From Oikopleura dioica (taxonomy: Eukaryota > Animalia > Chordata): a DNA stretch of 64,000 bases. The notes beneath the pieces were generated by a model, which had not been told where the DNA came from, searched no databases, and saw nothing but the letters and a program-made list of their open reading frames with translations. This document shows positions 24,019 to 35,832 of this stretch, piece after piece. The translations under genes and the position numbers were made by a program. Location of the stretch: the NCBI GenBank assembly GCA_907165135.1, contig OU015567.1:11222001-11286000 (forward strand), read 5' to 3'. Numbering within the stretch: position 1 is the first letter of the stretch; each line of letters opens with the position of its first letter.

Positions 24019-25337
24019 ATGAAAAAAGGTGCCTTTTACCCGAAGGACCTCAGCAAATTAACGGAGCACACGCCGCCACGAGACAATGAAAGCATAATCG
24101 CACATTCTTCTGACCCAGGTTTCGAAGAAAATGTGGAGAAAACAATGCTCACCAAGCGAAGTCGCGATCACCTTGAAACTGAGCGGCAGAAAAGGCAGGA
24201 AGAAATCGAAAATAGACCGCAAAATACGCCCGGAAATACAAGAGTCAACCCTGAGCGCGAAAACTTGGTAAGAAACATACAAAATACCATACCAAATATA
24301 TATTTAGACCGATCCACTTGAAGATATGGAAAATGCTCAATTGCAGTATCATCCGCATCAAAAATGGGTCAAGCATGAGCAGAAGCGCAAGTATAAACCA
24401 GACGAACAGTTCCCAATTTCCAGCAAAATTACTCCCACTTATATTGAAAACTTGCAGGTAAATAGAGTTCATCCAATTTCTCATCATTAATATAATAAAG
24501 GCGCTTTCCCTCAACATCAGCGGCAATTTCAAGCAGCACCGTGTTCTCCAGAAGCAAGAGCAAAATACAAGACGTGAATTTACCCAAGAGAGGCAGAGAG
24601 ATTCACCTGAACATACAAATGTGAAATCTTCAGGGCAAGAACCGGTGAGATGCTTACCAATGAATATATGTGACAGTAAAAATTTAAGTTTGACCCATTT
24701 AAAAAAACGGAAAATAGTCAACTAAATCGCCCGCTTGGAGAGTGGATCCAACACTATGCGAATCAAAAGCTTGAAACTCGTGAAGGATATCCAATTGACG
24801 AAGAGAATACTTCGGGCATCGTTGAGCGCTTCCAGGTTTTTACCCCAGAAAAGCCAATAAACAAGTTTTCTTAGACCACTTCTACCAACAGCGGAGAATT
24901 CGATGAACGAGTTGGGGAATGGATCCAGGATCGGGCGGAACCAAAACTGGGAGCCCGTGAGGGATTATTTTCTTCCGGCAATACCCCAACGGGCATCCTG
25001 AAAGGCTTACAGGTTAATGACGCCAATAAAGCCAACTAAATCAACCCTTAAGGCATCTTCAACAAGCAGCGGAATTGCAGATGAACGCATTCGATTGACC
25101 GGGCTTAATGACAATAGCGGCGTTGAATTGCATAATTTTGTCCCGAGGCAGCACTCCATGATGCAGGAGCCACGTCTCATAATAACAACGACGAAAACTT
25201 ACGAGATTCCGGGTACAGTACCAGCTGTTCACGGTTTTCTTCATTGCACTGAAGAAATTCGTATTTGCCGACAGACGGGCAAGCTCGTCCATGAAAAAAC
25301 GAATAAAAAAATTTCCACAGAGAAGAACGAAAATTAG
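24019..25337 (+). CDS. Hypothetical multi-exon protein
   Basis: ORFs 24019-24321 and 25017-25337 with intervening open segments; no family recognised. Confidence 0.35.
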
Positions 25338-25528
25338 ACACGCATAAGTCATAATTTGGACGCCTTCAAAATGATCTCGCCTGTAATTACTACCTTTGCA
25401 CAGATATTTCATCAAATTATAATCCTCTGCAGAACTTATTTCCATGTTCTGTCTCTGCTCCATTAAAAAGTTCTTTGGCATCTCTCAAAATTATGAGCTA
25501 TAAATCCATAACAAGATAAAAAAAAAGA

Positions 25529-27479
25529 ATGGAAAGACAATTGAGGCGAGCGCACGTGGGGATAAGAGTCATCCCAGCAAGACAAGAAATCATAGATGAC
25601 AACATTTGCGAGTTTCCACTGCAAATTTATCGCCGCGTTCCTCCTTACCAGCATGACGTTGAAATAAAGTCGGGTGAATAATCAGCAAAATGCACTTTGA
25701 AATAATTATCGGATAACCGAGGCGCAAAATTATATTTTCTACTCGTCAATATAATCACGGAAATGACAACATTTACTGACCCCATTAAGCAACTTGAAAT
25801 CATGCTCGAAGAAAGACGAACCGCATTAGAGGTTATGGAAGGTAAGCCATAGATCATTCAGGAAGTAAAGAAATATTTTTAGCGGCGCATGATGAGTGTA
25901 AAACAAAATACGAAAGAAAGCGACGACTCCATAAAATTTTCCTGCAAGACAAAAAAGTTTCCATCATCGGACTCGACAACAAAATACCATCAAAGAGCGA
26001 TAGAGAGAACGACACCATTTCGCACTGGTTTTTTAAACTTGGAATGTGCAAGAAACGTCATTTGATCGAATGGACAATCACGAATGAAACAAGATTGTTC
26101 ATGTATCGATATAACTTACTAACGGAGGAAGGAAAAAAGAAATTTCTCGAGGTAAGGCCCCTTAAAAAGAATAGAAAGCCAATAACATAACACTCAGAAA
26201 GAAACACAAGACATGGGAGAGTTTATCGAAGGCACGATACCAGAAGAAAAACAGGAAACCTTATGCAGATGCTGCGACAAAACGCGTAGAAAAAACAGGC
26301 GCTGGTATACGATGAACTGGGAATCCGCAAATTTACTGGTCGAGGAAAGATGTTGTCATATCGACGATGGAAAAGGAAAAAAATGGCTATACTTATATTA
26401 TGATTGTAAATATATAAAATTGAAAGCGAATAATCGAATAATATAAAGAAGATTGATTTTTTTTTCAATTAAAATAAGAGTGGCATATGTCCCGGAAGAA
26501 TGGATGGAAAGAGTATTGGAGAGTTTCTTTAAAAGGGAAATGAAAAGATGGATCGAAAAACTTTCAAAAACGTACGATCAAATGCTCAATAACGAAACGA
26601 ATCGTCTAGGTAATAAACATATTCAAATTCAATCTTTCGGATTGTTGAGAGCATATCTTTAGTTTATCCTAAAAATTTACTTCTTTAGTGCCTTTGCTTG
26701 ATCAATGCACAATGACAAACACCCGGAGAAATATAGGGCGAACTTCAAATCAGCTGACAATTGAACACCTCGGTGAATTCGGGAAACGATCACTTCCGCC
26801 GTGCATAAAAAATCTGATATACGGCCTAGAAAAGGATAAAAAATTAAAGCACAAGGTAAAAAAATGTTGTTTCAAATCGAAAGGCGAATAGGGACGACTG
26901 AACCTCTGGAGTTTCTTCTACAACAGTGGCCTACCGCTTGAGCAAGCGAAAAGATATTCATTGGAGAAGATGACAAAGAACGTAGAGAGCGAAGGAAGAA
27001 TCAAATATTATATCGAGCATGCCTATGGAAGAAAAAGGCTCAATATGCCAATAAGTAACAGATAATAAAAAAGAAAGAAAAGCCTTAAAAACTTATAAGG
27101 AAATTACACATGCGAAGAAAAAATTGCCAGCGAAGTGCAGTACAGATCCTATCACCATTGTCCATTCAAGGAACGGATTTAATTGGAATAAGTCGATTCC
27201 AGAGGCTAACAAAGGAATACACAAGAACAAAAAAATCCTTAAAAGGAAAAACGATACCTACGCCGTAACTTGCAAAAATGGAAAATGGAAGCCGGAGACA
27301 TCGAAGACATCTGTAATATGCAACTAACAACAACTAGCAAGACCATGTGCAAATTTGTTTTTCGACGCATCCATGCTGGACTTGGCAACGAAGAATTCGT
27401 AGATTACAAATCGCCAACAGAATATTTCGAAGCCAGTATTGCCCTAACAAAAGGCATTCACGATGTTCAATTAAAATAA
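25529..27479 (+). CDS. PRIM2: DNA primase large (Fe-S) subunit, PriL/PRIM2-like, multi-exon
   Basis: FPLQIYRRVPP, DTISHWFFKLGMC...ETRLFMYRY, VAYVP, SLPPCIK...KLKHKGR, NYTC, YHHCPF, TMCKFVF and KSPTEYFEAS match PRIM2 in order. Confidence 0.85.
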
Positions 27480-27676
27480 TTATCAACTGCAAATATAGAA
27501 AAAAAAATTCCACCACTGAAAAAATCTTAAAGCGATAAGATTTAAATTCAGCATTCGAAGCGATAAAAAGCAGGGCAGAGAATTCTTAAAAAGACGCAGC
27601 AGAAAATCAAAACTTTGAAATTTTCAGAGTTAGTAACAGAGTGGGAATCGGAACAACTCGAATAAATGAAATAAAG

Positions 27677-27691
27677 GCACGCTCCGCGTGC
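27677..27691 (-). promoter_or_regulatory. Dispersed hairpin motif, copy 7 (flipped)
   Basis: GCACGCTCCGCGTGC, then 14 nt, then GACAGAGAA. Confidence 0.85.
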
Positions 27692-27782
27692 GTATATAGA
27701 ATAAAGACAGAGAATGCAGCAAATAAACCGATTTATTTTCATCCGAAAATATTTAATTGAATGCTGATAGTTTAAATCAACC

Positions 27783-28000
27783 AATTCTCTAGAAAGTGAA
27801 GTGTTTCTCACCTAACTGAGAAGCGCAAAACAATTCTCAGTGTGTTTCTCAGACTCTAGAAAAATATTTGTTTACAGAAACTCAACCCCCTTTGGGCGTA
27901 TCAACTAAAAAAACAAATTTTTTCTAGAACCTGAGAAACAAACCAATTCATGTTTTGCGCTTCTCGGCTTAAGTGAGAAACACCAGTTTCTCTAGAAAAT
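27783..28000. mobile_element. Foldback/MITE-like element, copy B
   Basis: Same terminal and nested inverted repeats as 2517-2728. Confidence 0.8.
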
Positions 28001-28454
28001 TCTTGATGTTCTTTTATGAATACGGATTTTAGTTTCTCTTTATGAAAAATTGATTTCTTCTACAAGCGAAATAAATTCGTATCAAAATAATCCTTATGCA
28101 TCCGCAATTATATAACTTTTTTTTTACTAGTTATGCAAAAAAAAAAGGAAAAAAAAAACAGACGACAATGAGCTCTTTTCAACATAAGCTGCGCAAGTAT
28201 TGCAATAGTGCTCAGCGTCGATAAGATTAGACAGAGAATTTTATTTGCCGCTAAAAAAGCATCGTTAGACACAGCACAAAAATAAGAATGTGTCATTGTT
28301 GAGCGGGAAGCGCCGACTTTGGAGATTACAATGGCAGGGCAGACATGATTTGAGGCAACCTTGTCCCCATCAATCCTCCGCAAGCATCAATCGATTCCTT
28401 AAGAGTTTTTACGCAAAATAGATTACTTGCAAAGTAATAGAAATTTACACAATC

Positions 28455-28662
28455 TTTAAAATAAAAGAAATGATTTTCCCTCCGGGAAACGCATAGAATT
28501 TCCACGCATGCTTCTCAGGCTCATAAAGAATAAATATTAAAATAAATTAAAACCCTTATTGGCAAATAAAAATCAAAACAAATTCTAACTAGAGCATAAG
28601 AAACATAACGAAAATGTTTTGCGCTTCTCGGCTTAAGTGAGAAACACCAGATTTTCTAGAGA
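28455..28662. mobile_element. Foldback/MITE-like element, degenerate copy C
   Basis: Right arm tgttttgcgcttctcggcttaagtgagaaacaccag matches copy B; left arm is decayed. Confidence 0.55.
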
Positions 28663-29592
28663 AGTTTTGTTGTGAAATTGCTAGCAGATCGAATGACTTA
28701 CGAAACTCACACAACAAATTTGCTTTTCTCATCCTGTCCAAGAAGCGCAAAATTTGACAGAGCTCATTACGGCTCTATTTAAATATTCACATAAATCTTA
28801 CTTGTATGGTATCATGCATTTATTTGGTAACCAGACGACTCATGAGTAAACATTCTAAATAAAAAAAAGTAATGTACTTATTGTCTTTCTTATCTTCAGT
28901 CTGATGCATTCTAAAGTAAGCTGTGCAAAACAATAACAGACGTCAGTCAAATCGAAAATAATGATTGAAGCATAAATTCAGGGGCAGTCTAGGTAGAATC
29001 AGTAACTGCTTCTTCTTTGTTTGTATATTGATCGATTGAAAATATTATTTTCCTACCTTGACCGCTTCGTAATTGAATTGAATTGAACGAGATTATTGCT
29101 TAACACCTCAAACTTTCCGTGTAGAAGGTTAATTGCCTTAACCTTGTTCATGACGAGCTTCATCGCCTGGAAACATTCATCTCTATCCATTGCTCTGATT
29201 ATGACCTATAATTCATAAAACTATTGAACAACCAAAAAAAAAAACAAGATTACCCCAGCTCTTTTCAACATTTGACGGAAAACGTCCTTGAGAGAATTCT
29301 CGTTATTCACGAGTTGTTTCGCCAACTCGCTGCTTATCTTCTTCTCGACCTCATTGCTCCCGCCCCTTGAAGATTATGAGTATAGCCCGTTTATAGTTAA
29401 CTTACAAATGATAATTAACCCGAGCGATGAGACGATTCACTCGTCCAATTAATAGTTGGAGACGCCCAAATGGTGGAAGCGCGTTGAGTAAGTCCTCTCG
29501 AGAAAAGTCAGGTTGTTGATTATGCGAACATGACATAGCAACCGAGTCTTAAAAATTAATTTTAAATTATCTAATAGATAAATTTGTAGATG

Positions 29593-29607
29593 GCACGCTC
29601 CGCGTGC
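29593..29607 (-). promoter_or_regulatory. Dispersed hairpin motif, copy 8 (flipped)
   Basis: GCACGCTCCGCGTGC, then 12 nt, then GACAGAAAA. Confidence 0.85.
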
Positions 29608-29861
29608 AAATATATTCATGACAGAAAAAAACCGATATAAGAAGAAGAGTAAATTCATAGCAGATTCTTTTCAACAGAGCAAATCATCTTCGTTGCTTTG
29701 TGAAACTACAAGCAGACGTCTTGAAAACTTGAGAATAACAGAAAAGTATTTAACAGGTCTTCTTTTTCTGGGGGTTAGATTGGGTATTGGTGAACGAAGA
29801 AACGGTAGATTTACTTAAACAAAAACATGTTTAAAGAAATGAACTTCAAGAGAAAAAAAAA

Positions 29862-32800
29862 TTACCCGTCTTTAGAGGGCCCACAATGGTCACTGGAATC
29901 GCTCAAATCAACCTCCTTCGAATCATCTGCTTGTGCGAGGGAAAAGGGAGTAAGAACAAGTGATGAATTCAGTTTTTTGGTTGCGGCGGTCTTGATTGCC
30001 CTTGGTAGATCACAGAGAGGATGCTTTTTATTCGGCCAACGGGTAAGTTCGATGACATTATCGATGTCACTCTTCGCCAAACTGATAAAAGGAGTATTAT
30101 AAACAAAAAGACAGAATAACCTGTGTCCATTCATCAATTGAGCAATATTTTTCACTGCTTCATCGACCGTTAAAAGCTTTGTAGACGCATTTAACAAAAA
30201 CTGACAGTAGAGATCTTTGAAGCTCGGTCCAAAATAACAGGCGATATCAGAGCGAGAATAATACCAACTTGACCGAGCGTGGGACGAAAGTAATGCTAAA
30301 TAAATAAGTACGTGCAAAGAAACAAAAAAAAAAAACTTACTCGCAGTCCTCCCGTTTTTCATATAGGAAGAACTATTTTTCAAGGCAGAAGGAAATTTCA
30401 TAAGCGAACGATCGATAGAACCATCGATATAGCATCCGGGAAGACGAGAGAGTGTGGATAGGGTATCGCGTAAATCGTAGCGATGGCGTTTCGTCATCAA
30501 TGTTTCCATTATGTCGCATGAAGAAAGGGAGTTTGCGGCGAGAGATAATTTTTCCTATGAACAAGTAATAAATAGAGAAAACCTTTTATAACCTGATTGG
30601 AGAAACGCTGTTCGGGAACGACCCTTCCGTAGTTTTCAAACACCATGTTCAACATGAGATCAGGATAACAATCATATAATCTGTCCATTTCAGCGAGCTT
30701 GTCGTCGAGAGAATCCGTCGCATTGAAAATGTTCCCTTCCAAATAACGCGTCGAAGCTTCAAATAAATGGGGTTTCTTGTCTTTCAAACTTGCATGGAAC
30801 ATCGATTCAGAAACAGGTTGCGAATCTACAAGGCCAAATATAAGTAATTTATTTTTTTTTTTTAAATTGCGATAAAAAAAAACCTTTATTGTCCCAGGCA
30901 AGCATATTTATTGTATTGATACATTGACGAACATCAAACTGGCAACGAAGTATTATTGCGCGAAGGCATTCATCGGGTATTGACAACTTCTCCACATAAG
31001 TAATTTTCCTTAAACGACCTAAAAATAATTCGAATTCGAAAATAAATGAGTACGAACCAAAAATCTGTGTCGAATTTAATGCTGGGAAGTGTAGTTCGTA
31101 CATATAACTCCGAAGACTTTTGAATTTAGGAGCGGAGCAATTATTCGCAATAGCAATTATGGGAATATCGGTGAGTTTTACAAGACTAGTAAACTCAGCA
31201 AGGCCACCACGGTCTTCACATCCGCAAATGCCGTCTACTTCATCCATGATCAATATATACTGATCGTTCATCGAGCTGATATTAACATTACTATAAAGAG
31301 GTACTACAGAAAAAAAACTACAGAAAAAATTTGAATCGACATTATAGTACCAAACTGAGAGCTTCGCAGACGACATCACGAATTGATTTTTTTCCGCGGT
31401 CATCGCTAAAAAACGCGTCAGAAAACAGCCGAGAATAAAAGAGCCGCGCATATGCAGAAAATTTTGTCCGTCTTACCTAGCATTAAATTCGATAACGTGA
31501 AAACCAGCTTCAGCCGCAACAACGTGTGCAGTGGAAGTCTTACCAATACCAGGAGGACCAAGTAGAAGAGCACCGCGTAAATGATTGCCAGAAACAACAG
31601 GTTGAAATTTCGATTTTCCGCGGTTCTTTGTTCCTTCCTCGAGGCTTGACTTCCAGTTTTTGAGCCAGGCGAGCAATTTAGCAGCGTTCGAAGACGAATG
31701 ATTTTGCCCAATTATATCTTTTATACGAGTTGGTTTATATTTGTCGACGTAAAGAACAGCGTGATGGTCCGGATCGCAGGATTTAGGCGGAGCTTCCAAT
31801 TGCATGCTAGAGTTTGAATGGAAAGAATTGTCGGCATCAAATCGTTCGGAAAAAGACGGGGAGGATCGTATAAGGTGAAAAAGAGCAGCCTCGTCAATAA
31901 TACTGACTTTTAAACGCTTAGCCTTCTCCAATTTACATTTTCCAGGATTGAGCCCAGCAACCAAATAATGAGTACTTAGAGATAAGAAAGAAGAAACGGT
32001 GCCGCCATGGGAAGTTATCAATGAAGTGAGTTGAGGTCGATTCATGCTATCGCCGTCTCCAGTCAGAACAAAAGTGAATCCAGCTAGACATTTTCGTTTG
32101 CCCTGAGGAATAATCCGAGAGCCAGGATTCCTTGCAAGACCAATACTATGCCATGGATGATTCAACATTTTATTTTCCGGGAGTGAACTCGTGCAGGGGG
32201 CAGCCGCGGAAACATTAGAAATGTCGGCAAGAGCGGGGGAAGCATGAGTTGTAGTCGAATCAATAGCAGCGCAATTTTCCAGACCTGGCGCTTCTGAACC
32301 TTCAGCTTTTTCGTTAGACTCTAACGAAACTGGAGAACGGAGGTCATCGTTGAGAGTAGGACTTGTAGGCCGTGGCGATTGCTCGAAAACGACAGTATCT
32401 TCGTCTAGACAAACGAGATTTCTCGAATCAGTAGAATGGTAGTTTTTTGGACCATACACATCCGAACCTTCAGCTTTTTCGATAGAAGCAGTAGCGTTTT
32501 GAAAACGAGGGTCCTCCTTGACAGAAGCTGAATCGGAGGTTGCACCAGGTGTAGGACTTGCAAGACGAAGCGATTGTTTGAGGACGATAGTATCATCTTC
32601 TAGACTGACAAAATTTCTCGAATGGGTAGCAGTGCAGTTACCAAGAACAGACACATCCGAAGCTTCAGCTTTATCGACTGACACTGAATTAATTGGAGAA
32701 CGAGTGCCTTCGTTGACATATGCAGAATTAGATGATGAACCAAGAGTAGGACTAGCGGGCCGATAAGGTTGGTTGATTACCACAGTATCATCTTCTAGGT

Positions 32801-34002
32801 TGCCTAAATATGATGATTATCAGATTAAAGACAATTCTCGTACCAATTAAATAAGGAGGTTCTTCTGAACCAGAATCAACTGATCTGGCAGACGAGGAGA
32901 TATGAGCAGACGCCAACTTGTTATTTGAACCCGCGTTCGAATCAGTTTTGGAGATGTCAGCATTGATCTTTTGTTCGTTCCGTTTTCCATCGTTATCACG
33001 ATTGGGCGAAATTTGCGGAGAAGTGCTTATAACTGAGCCAATTTCACAGGATCTTCGAGACAAAGAAGCACGAACAGGAATTGACTCATGAGGTATATCG
33101 AATGAACTAGGATCGATTATGCCCGCCAGACGTCCGATCGAAACCCGACATTTTTTTATTTTTTTGTAGAATTCCGTCAACCTCACAATTAGAAGCGCGA
33201 ATTTAAGTAAACCAAATCTAATCAATTTTTTTTCGGCTCTTTTATGAGGTCGATTCAGAGTATTGTCCGACGAACCTCGATCCAGATTCCGGGGACATAT
33301 TCGATCCTAGGGGTGAAGATCTAATAAGGGTGAAAACAATATCTTCGTCGATGACAGCGATTCCATACGCTTCAGCCCGTTTTTCATTGAAGATACCAAA
33401 CGCGTCACCAGCGACGACATAGTTTACATTTTGAGAGAAGGCAGTGGTAACAGTTCCACCAAAAGAAATGATTAAACAGCGTAGCGCGCCTTCGTCCAAT
33501 TTACGACCACTTCCCGAAAGAAGAAAGACCTCACCAAATAGACAATTGGGAACGCCTTCGATGTGGTCGCGAAAGGCATCTTCATAGAAATTTTCCTTGA
33601 AAACAGCATTCATGTCGATGAGAGAAATAGGAGGCAACACAACATCGAAACTCATTCCAGGGGCGTTATTCGGGATGATAGAGTTACCCACAGGAATATC
33701 ATCGTAACTAACTTCTTTGTGGACAATGAAGTTGGAATCAGCAAGGTTAGGTCGACGCGAATCATTGTCTTGAGTAGTAGACACCGGAAAAATGAATCCA
33801 AGTGAACGAAGATCAGAAGAAAATAGAGCAGGGGGCGAAGTATTCTCTTTATCAGGAACGCCATCGACAGAAGCAGAGGAAGTTGATTGCTTTGAAAAGC
33901 TGGAATTAAAGTTGCAAATAACAGAATAAAAAAACCAGCCCTTTCCTTTGAGGAATCAGTTACAGATATAGAGATAAAACCAAGGTCAATTAAGCTCTTC
34001 AT
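29862..34002 (-). CDS. RFC1: Replication factor C large subunit (RFC1)-like clamp loader with two BRCT domains; multi-exon, 3' end uncertain
   Basis: BRCT-1 EGVPNCLFGEVFLLSG, BRCT-2 QGKRKCLAGFTFVLTG...IDEAALFHLIR, YVDKYKPT, Walker A GPPGIGKT, Walker B LIMDEVDG, DRGG, IPIIAIAN and DVRQCIN. Confidence 0.9.
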
Positions 34003-34260
34003 TGCAAAGAAAACAGCAAGCGCACATCGATCCCTAAAACAGTCAAACTAAAAAAAAAGAAAAATTTTCTAGAAAAGAACTGTTTGTAGTTCTATTAAAC
34101 AAGCAAAAAAGGGTAAAATATACTTAAAGAAAGAAACTTTCTAGAATATTGTTGTTTTTTAACGCAAAAGGTTGTCTCCCTCACATCACATACATAGGAA
34201 TATATAGGCTGGAAAAATGAGACAAAGCACCAGTAGCAAACGTAAAAATTTGTGAATAAG

Positions 34261-34572
34261 ATGTCCAGCGCAGAAACAAGTGGCAATAATGTCGTCAAGA
34301 GCGGCTTCAAGCGCCACAGAAAGGTGCTGAAGGATAACATTCTTGGCATCACCAAAGCCGACATCCGTAGGCTTGCCCGACGAGGCGGGATTACGCGCAT
34401 GTCGGCCGAGGTAAACGACCTGGCCAGGGAAATTATAAGGTCCGACCTTATGGACCTCGTCAGTGACGCCATCACCTACACCACACACGCCAACAGAAAG
34501 ACAATCGTAGCCCTTGACGTTGTCTATGCACTCAAGAGACAAGGCCGTCAACTCTACGGATTTGGGGGATAA
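34261..34572 (+). CDS. H4: Strongly diverged intronless histone H4 variant (103 aa)
   Basis: [25 protein letters not shown] and [18 protein letters not shown]; same length as canonical H4. Confidence 0.95.
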   Translation: MSSAETSGNNVVKSGFKRHRKVLKDNILGITKADIRRLARRGGITRMSAEVNDLAREIIRSDLMDLVSDAITYTTHANRKTIVALDVVYALKRQGRQLYGFGG

Positions 34573-34596
34573 AATCCTACCAAAGTCTTCAAAACA

Positions 34597-34612
34597 GGCC
34601 CTTTTAAGGGCC
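34597..34612 (+). promoter_or_regulatory. Replication-dependent histone mRNA 3' stem-loop
   Basis: GGCCCT-TTTA-AGGGCC 24 nt after the H4 stop, flanked by AAAACA and ACAAA; matches the metazoan consensus. Confidence 0.9.
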
Positions 34613-35171
34613 ACAAATACAATAAAGTTGTCTTTACAGCACAGAAGAAAGAATGAAAGAAATAAATAACAAAAATACTCTAGAAAAATGAAAGAATTCA
34701 CAATATATAAATAGTCGTAAATGATAAAATGACTCACCCGACGTGGACCAATGAGAGCGCACAAGCGCCGGTGCACCAGGAGCGAGAAAAATCCAATTTT
34801 ACTAGCTTCGCCCAATAGATCTAGAGCATAAGTGAAGGAAAATTAGAGAATGCCTTTCAACGCTTCTGCCAAAGCGAAATTAGGCAAAAATTAGAGAATA
34901 TCCGTCACTTATGAACTAAATCGAATCGAGCACCCATTTTTGACCTTAGTATAAAACGAAAGAACGCATTTATTAGCGAAGGAGTAAAAATTTTTTCGAC
35001 AACGCTTCTGCCAAAGCAAGGTCGACATAAAAATACAAGAATAAGAGTACTCTATCGCTAATAATCGCATCTTCCACAAAAAATTTTGCTCGATTATTTT
35101 ATCACAACTAACTTCTGCCAAAGTAATTTGAGATAGAATATTCGAGCTGAGTACAATATAAAACGATTACA

Positions 35172-35373
35172 AAAAAAAGCTATAGGTCTCACCAGAATGT
35201 AGCCCTTGAGGAAACGCCCACAACCTCCCACCCTCCCCAAAAATACACCTCTTTTTTATACTTCGAATAACAAACATATAAAAAATTGGGGCAAAAAAAG
35301 CCGCAGGTCTCACGAGAATGTAGCCCTTGAGGAAACGCCCACAACCTCCCACCCCCTCCCCAAAAATACACCT
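35172..35373. repeat. Direct duplication of an ~80-bp block with C-runs (G-quadruplex-like on the minus strand)
   Basis: aggtctcac(c/g)agaatgtagcccttgaggaaacgcccacaacctccc...ctccccaaaaatacacct occurs at about 35172-35250 and 35293-35373. Confidence 0.85.
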
Positions 35374-35393
35374 GTTGAAAAAGTTCGGGAGGG

Positions 35394-35408
35394 GCGCGCT
35401 CCGCGCGC
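35394..35408 (-). promoter_or_regulatory. Hairpin motif variant with compensatory stem change, GCGCGC-TCC-GCGCGC
   Basis: The A-T pair of the stem is replaced by G-C at both paired positions; the loop is unchanged. Confidence 0.7.
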
Positions 35409-35480
35409 GTATATATTAAGACGCACAAATAGAGGGTATTAGAATTAGGGAAGGCGGAGCAGGAAGTTGAGCAGGCCGGC

Positions 35481-35690
35481 TGGAGGAAGTGGCACGCTTC
35501 GCGTGAACCCTGTTGTAAGTGGAGGAATTGGCACGCTTCGCGTGAACCCTGTCGCTAGAAATGGCACGCTTCGCGTGAACCCTGTCGCTGGAATTGGCAC
35601 GCTTCGCGTGAACCCTGTCGCTGGAATCGGCACGCTTCGCGTGAACCCTGTCGCTGGAATTGGCACGCTTCGCGTGAACCCTGTCGTTGG
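35481..35690. repeat. 33-bp tandem array x6, each unit containing GGCACGC-TTC-GCGTG
   Basis: Unit GGAATTGGCACGCTTCGCGTGAACCCTGTCGCT; cores at 35491, 35530, 35563, 35596, 35629 and 35662. Confidence 0.95.
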
Positions 35691-35697
35691 AATTCTT

Positions 35698-35800
35698 GTT
35701 GGAAATGAGTTCGAGGAAGTTGAAAAATTTGTTGGAAATCTGTTCGAAAAAAGTTGGAAAATTTGTTGGAAATCTGTTCGAAAAAGTTGGAAAATTTGTT
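35698..35800. repeat. ~33-bp AT-rich tandem repeat (gttggaaatctgttcgaaaaaagttggaaaattt) x2-3
   Basis: Directly visible. Confidence 0.8.
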
Positions 35801-35832
35801 TAAATTGCGTCCGAGGCCATTTTAGAAAATAG

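Noticed and set aside
28108-28383. HYCNTC segment suggestive of a LITAF domain
   Set aside because: Could not build a consistent frame containing the first CxxC and the hydrophobic core.
34186-34815. 209-aa minus-strand ORF (also 34095-34475)
   Set aside because: Antisense shadow of the H4 gene.
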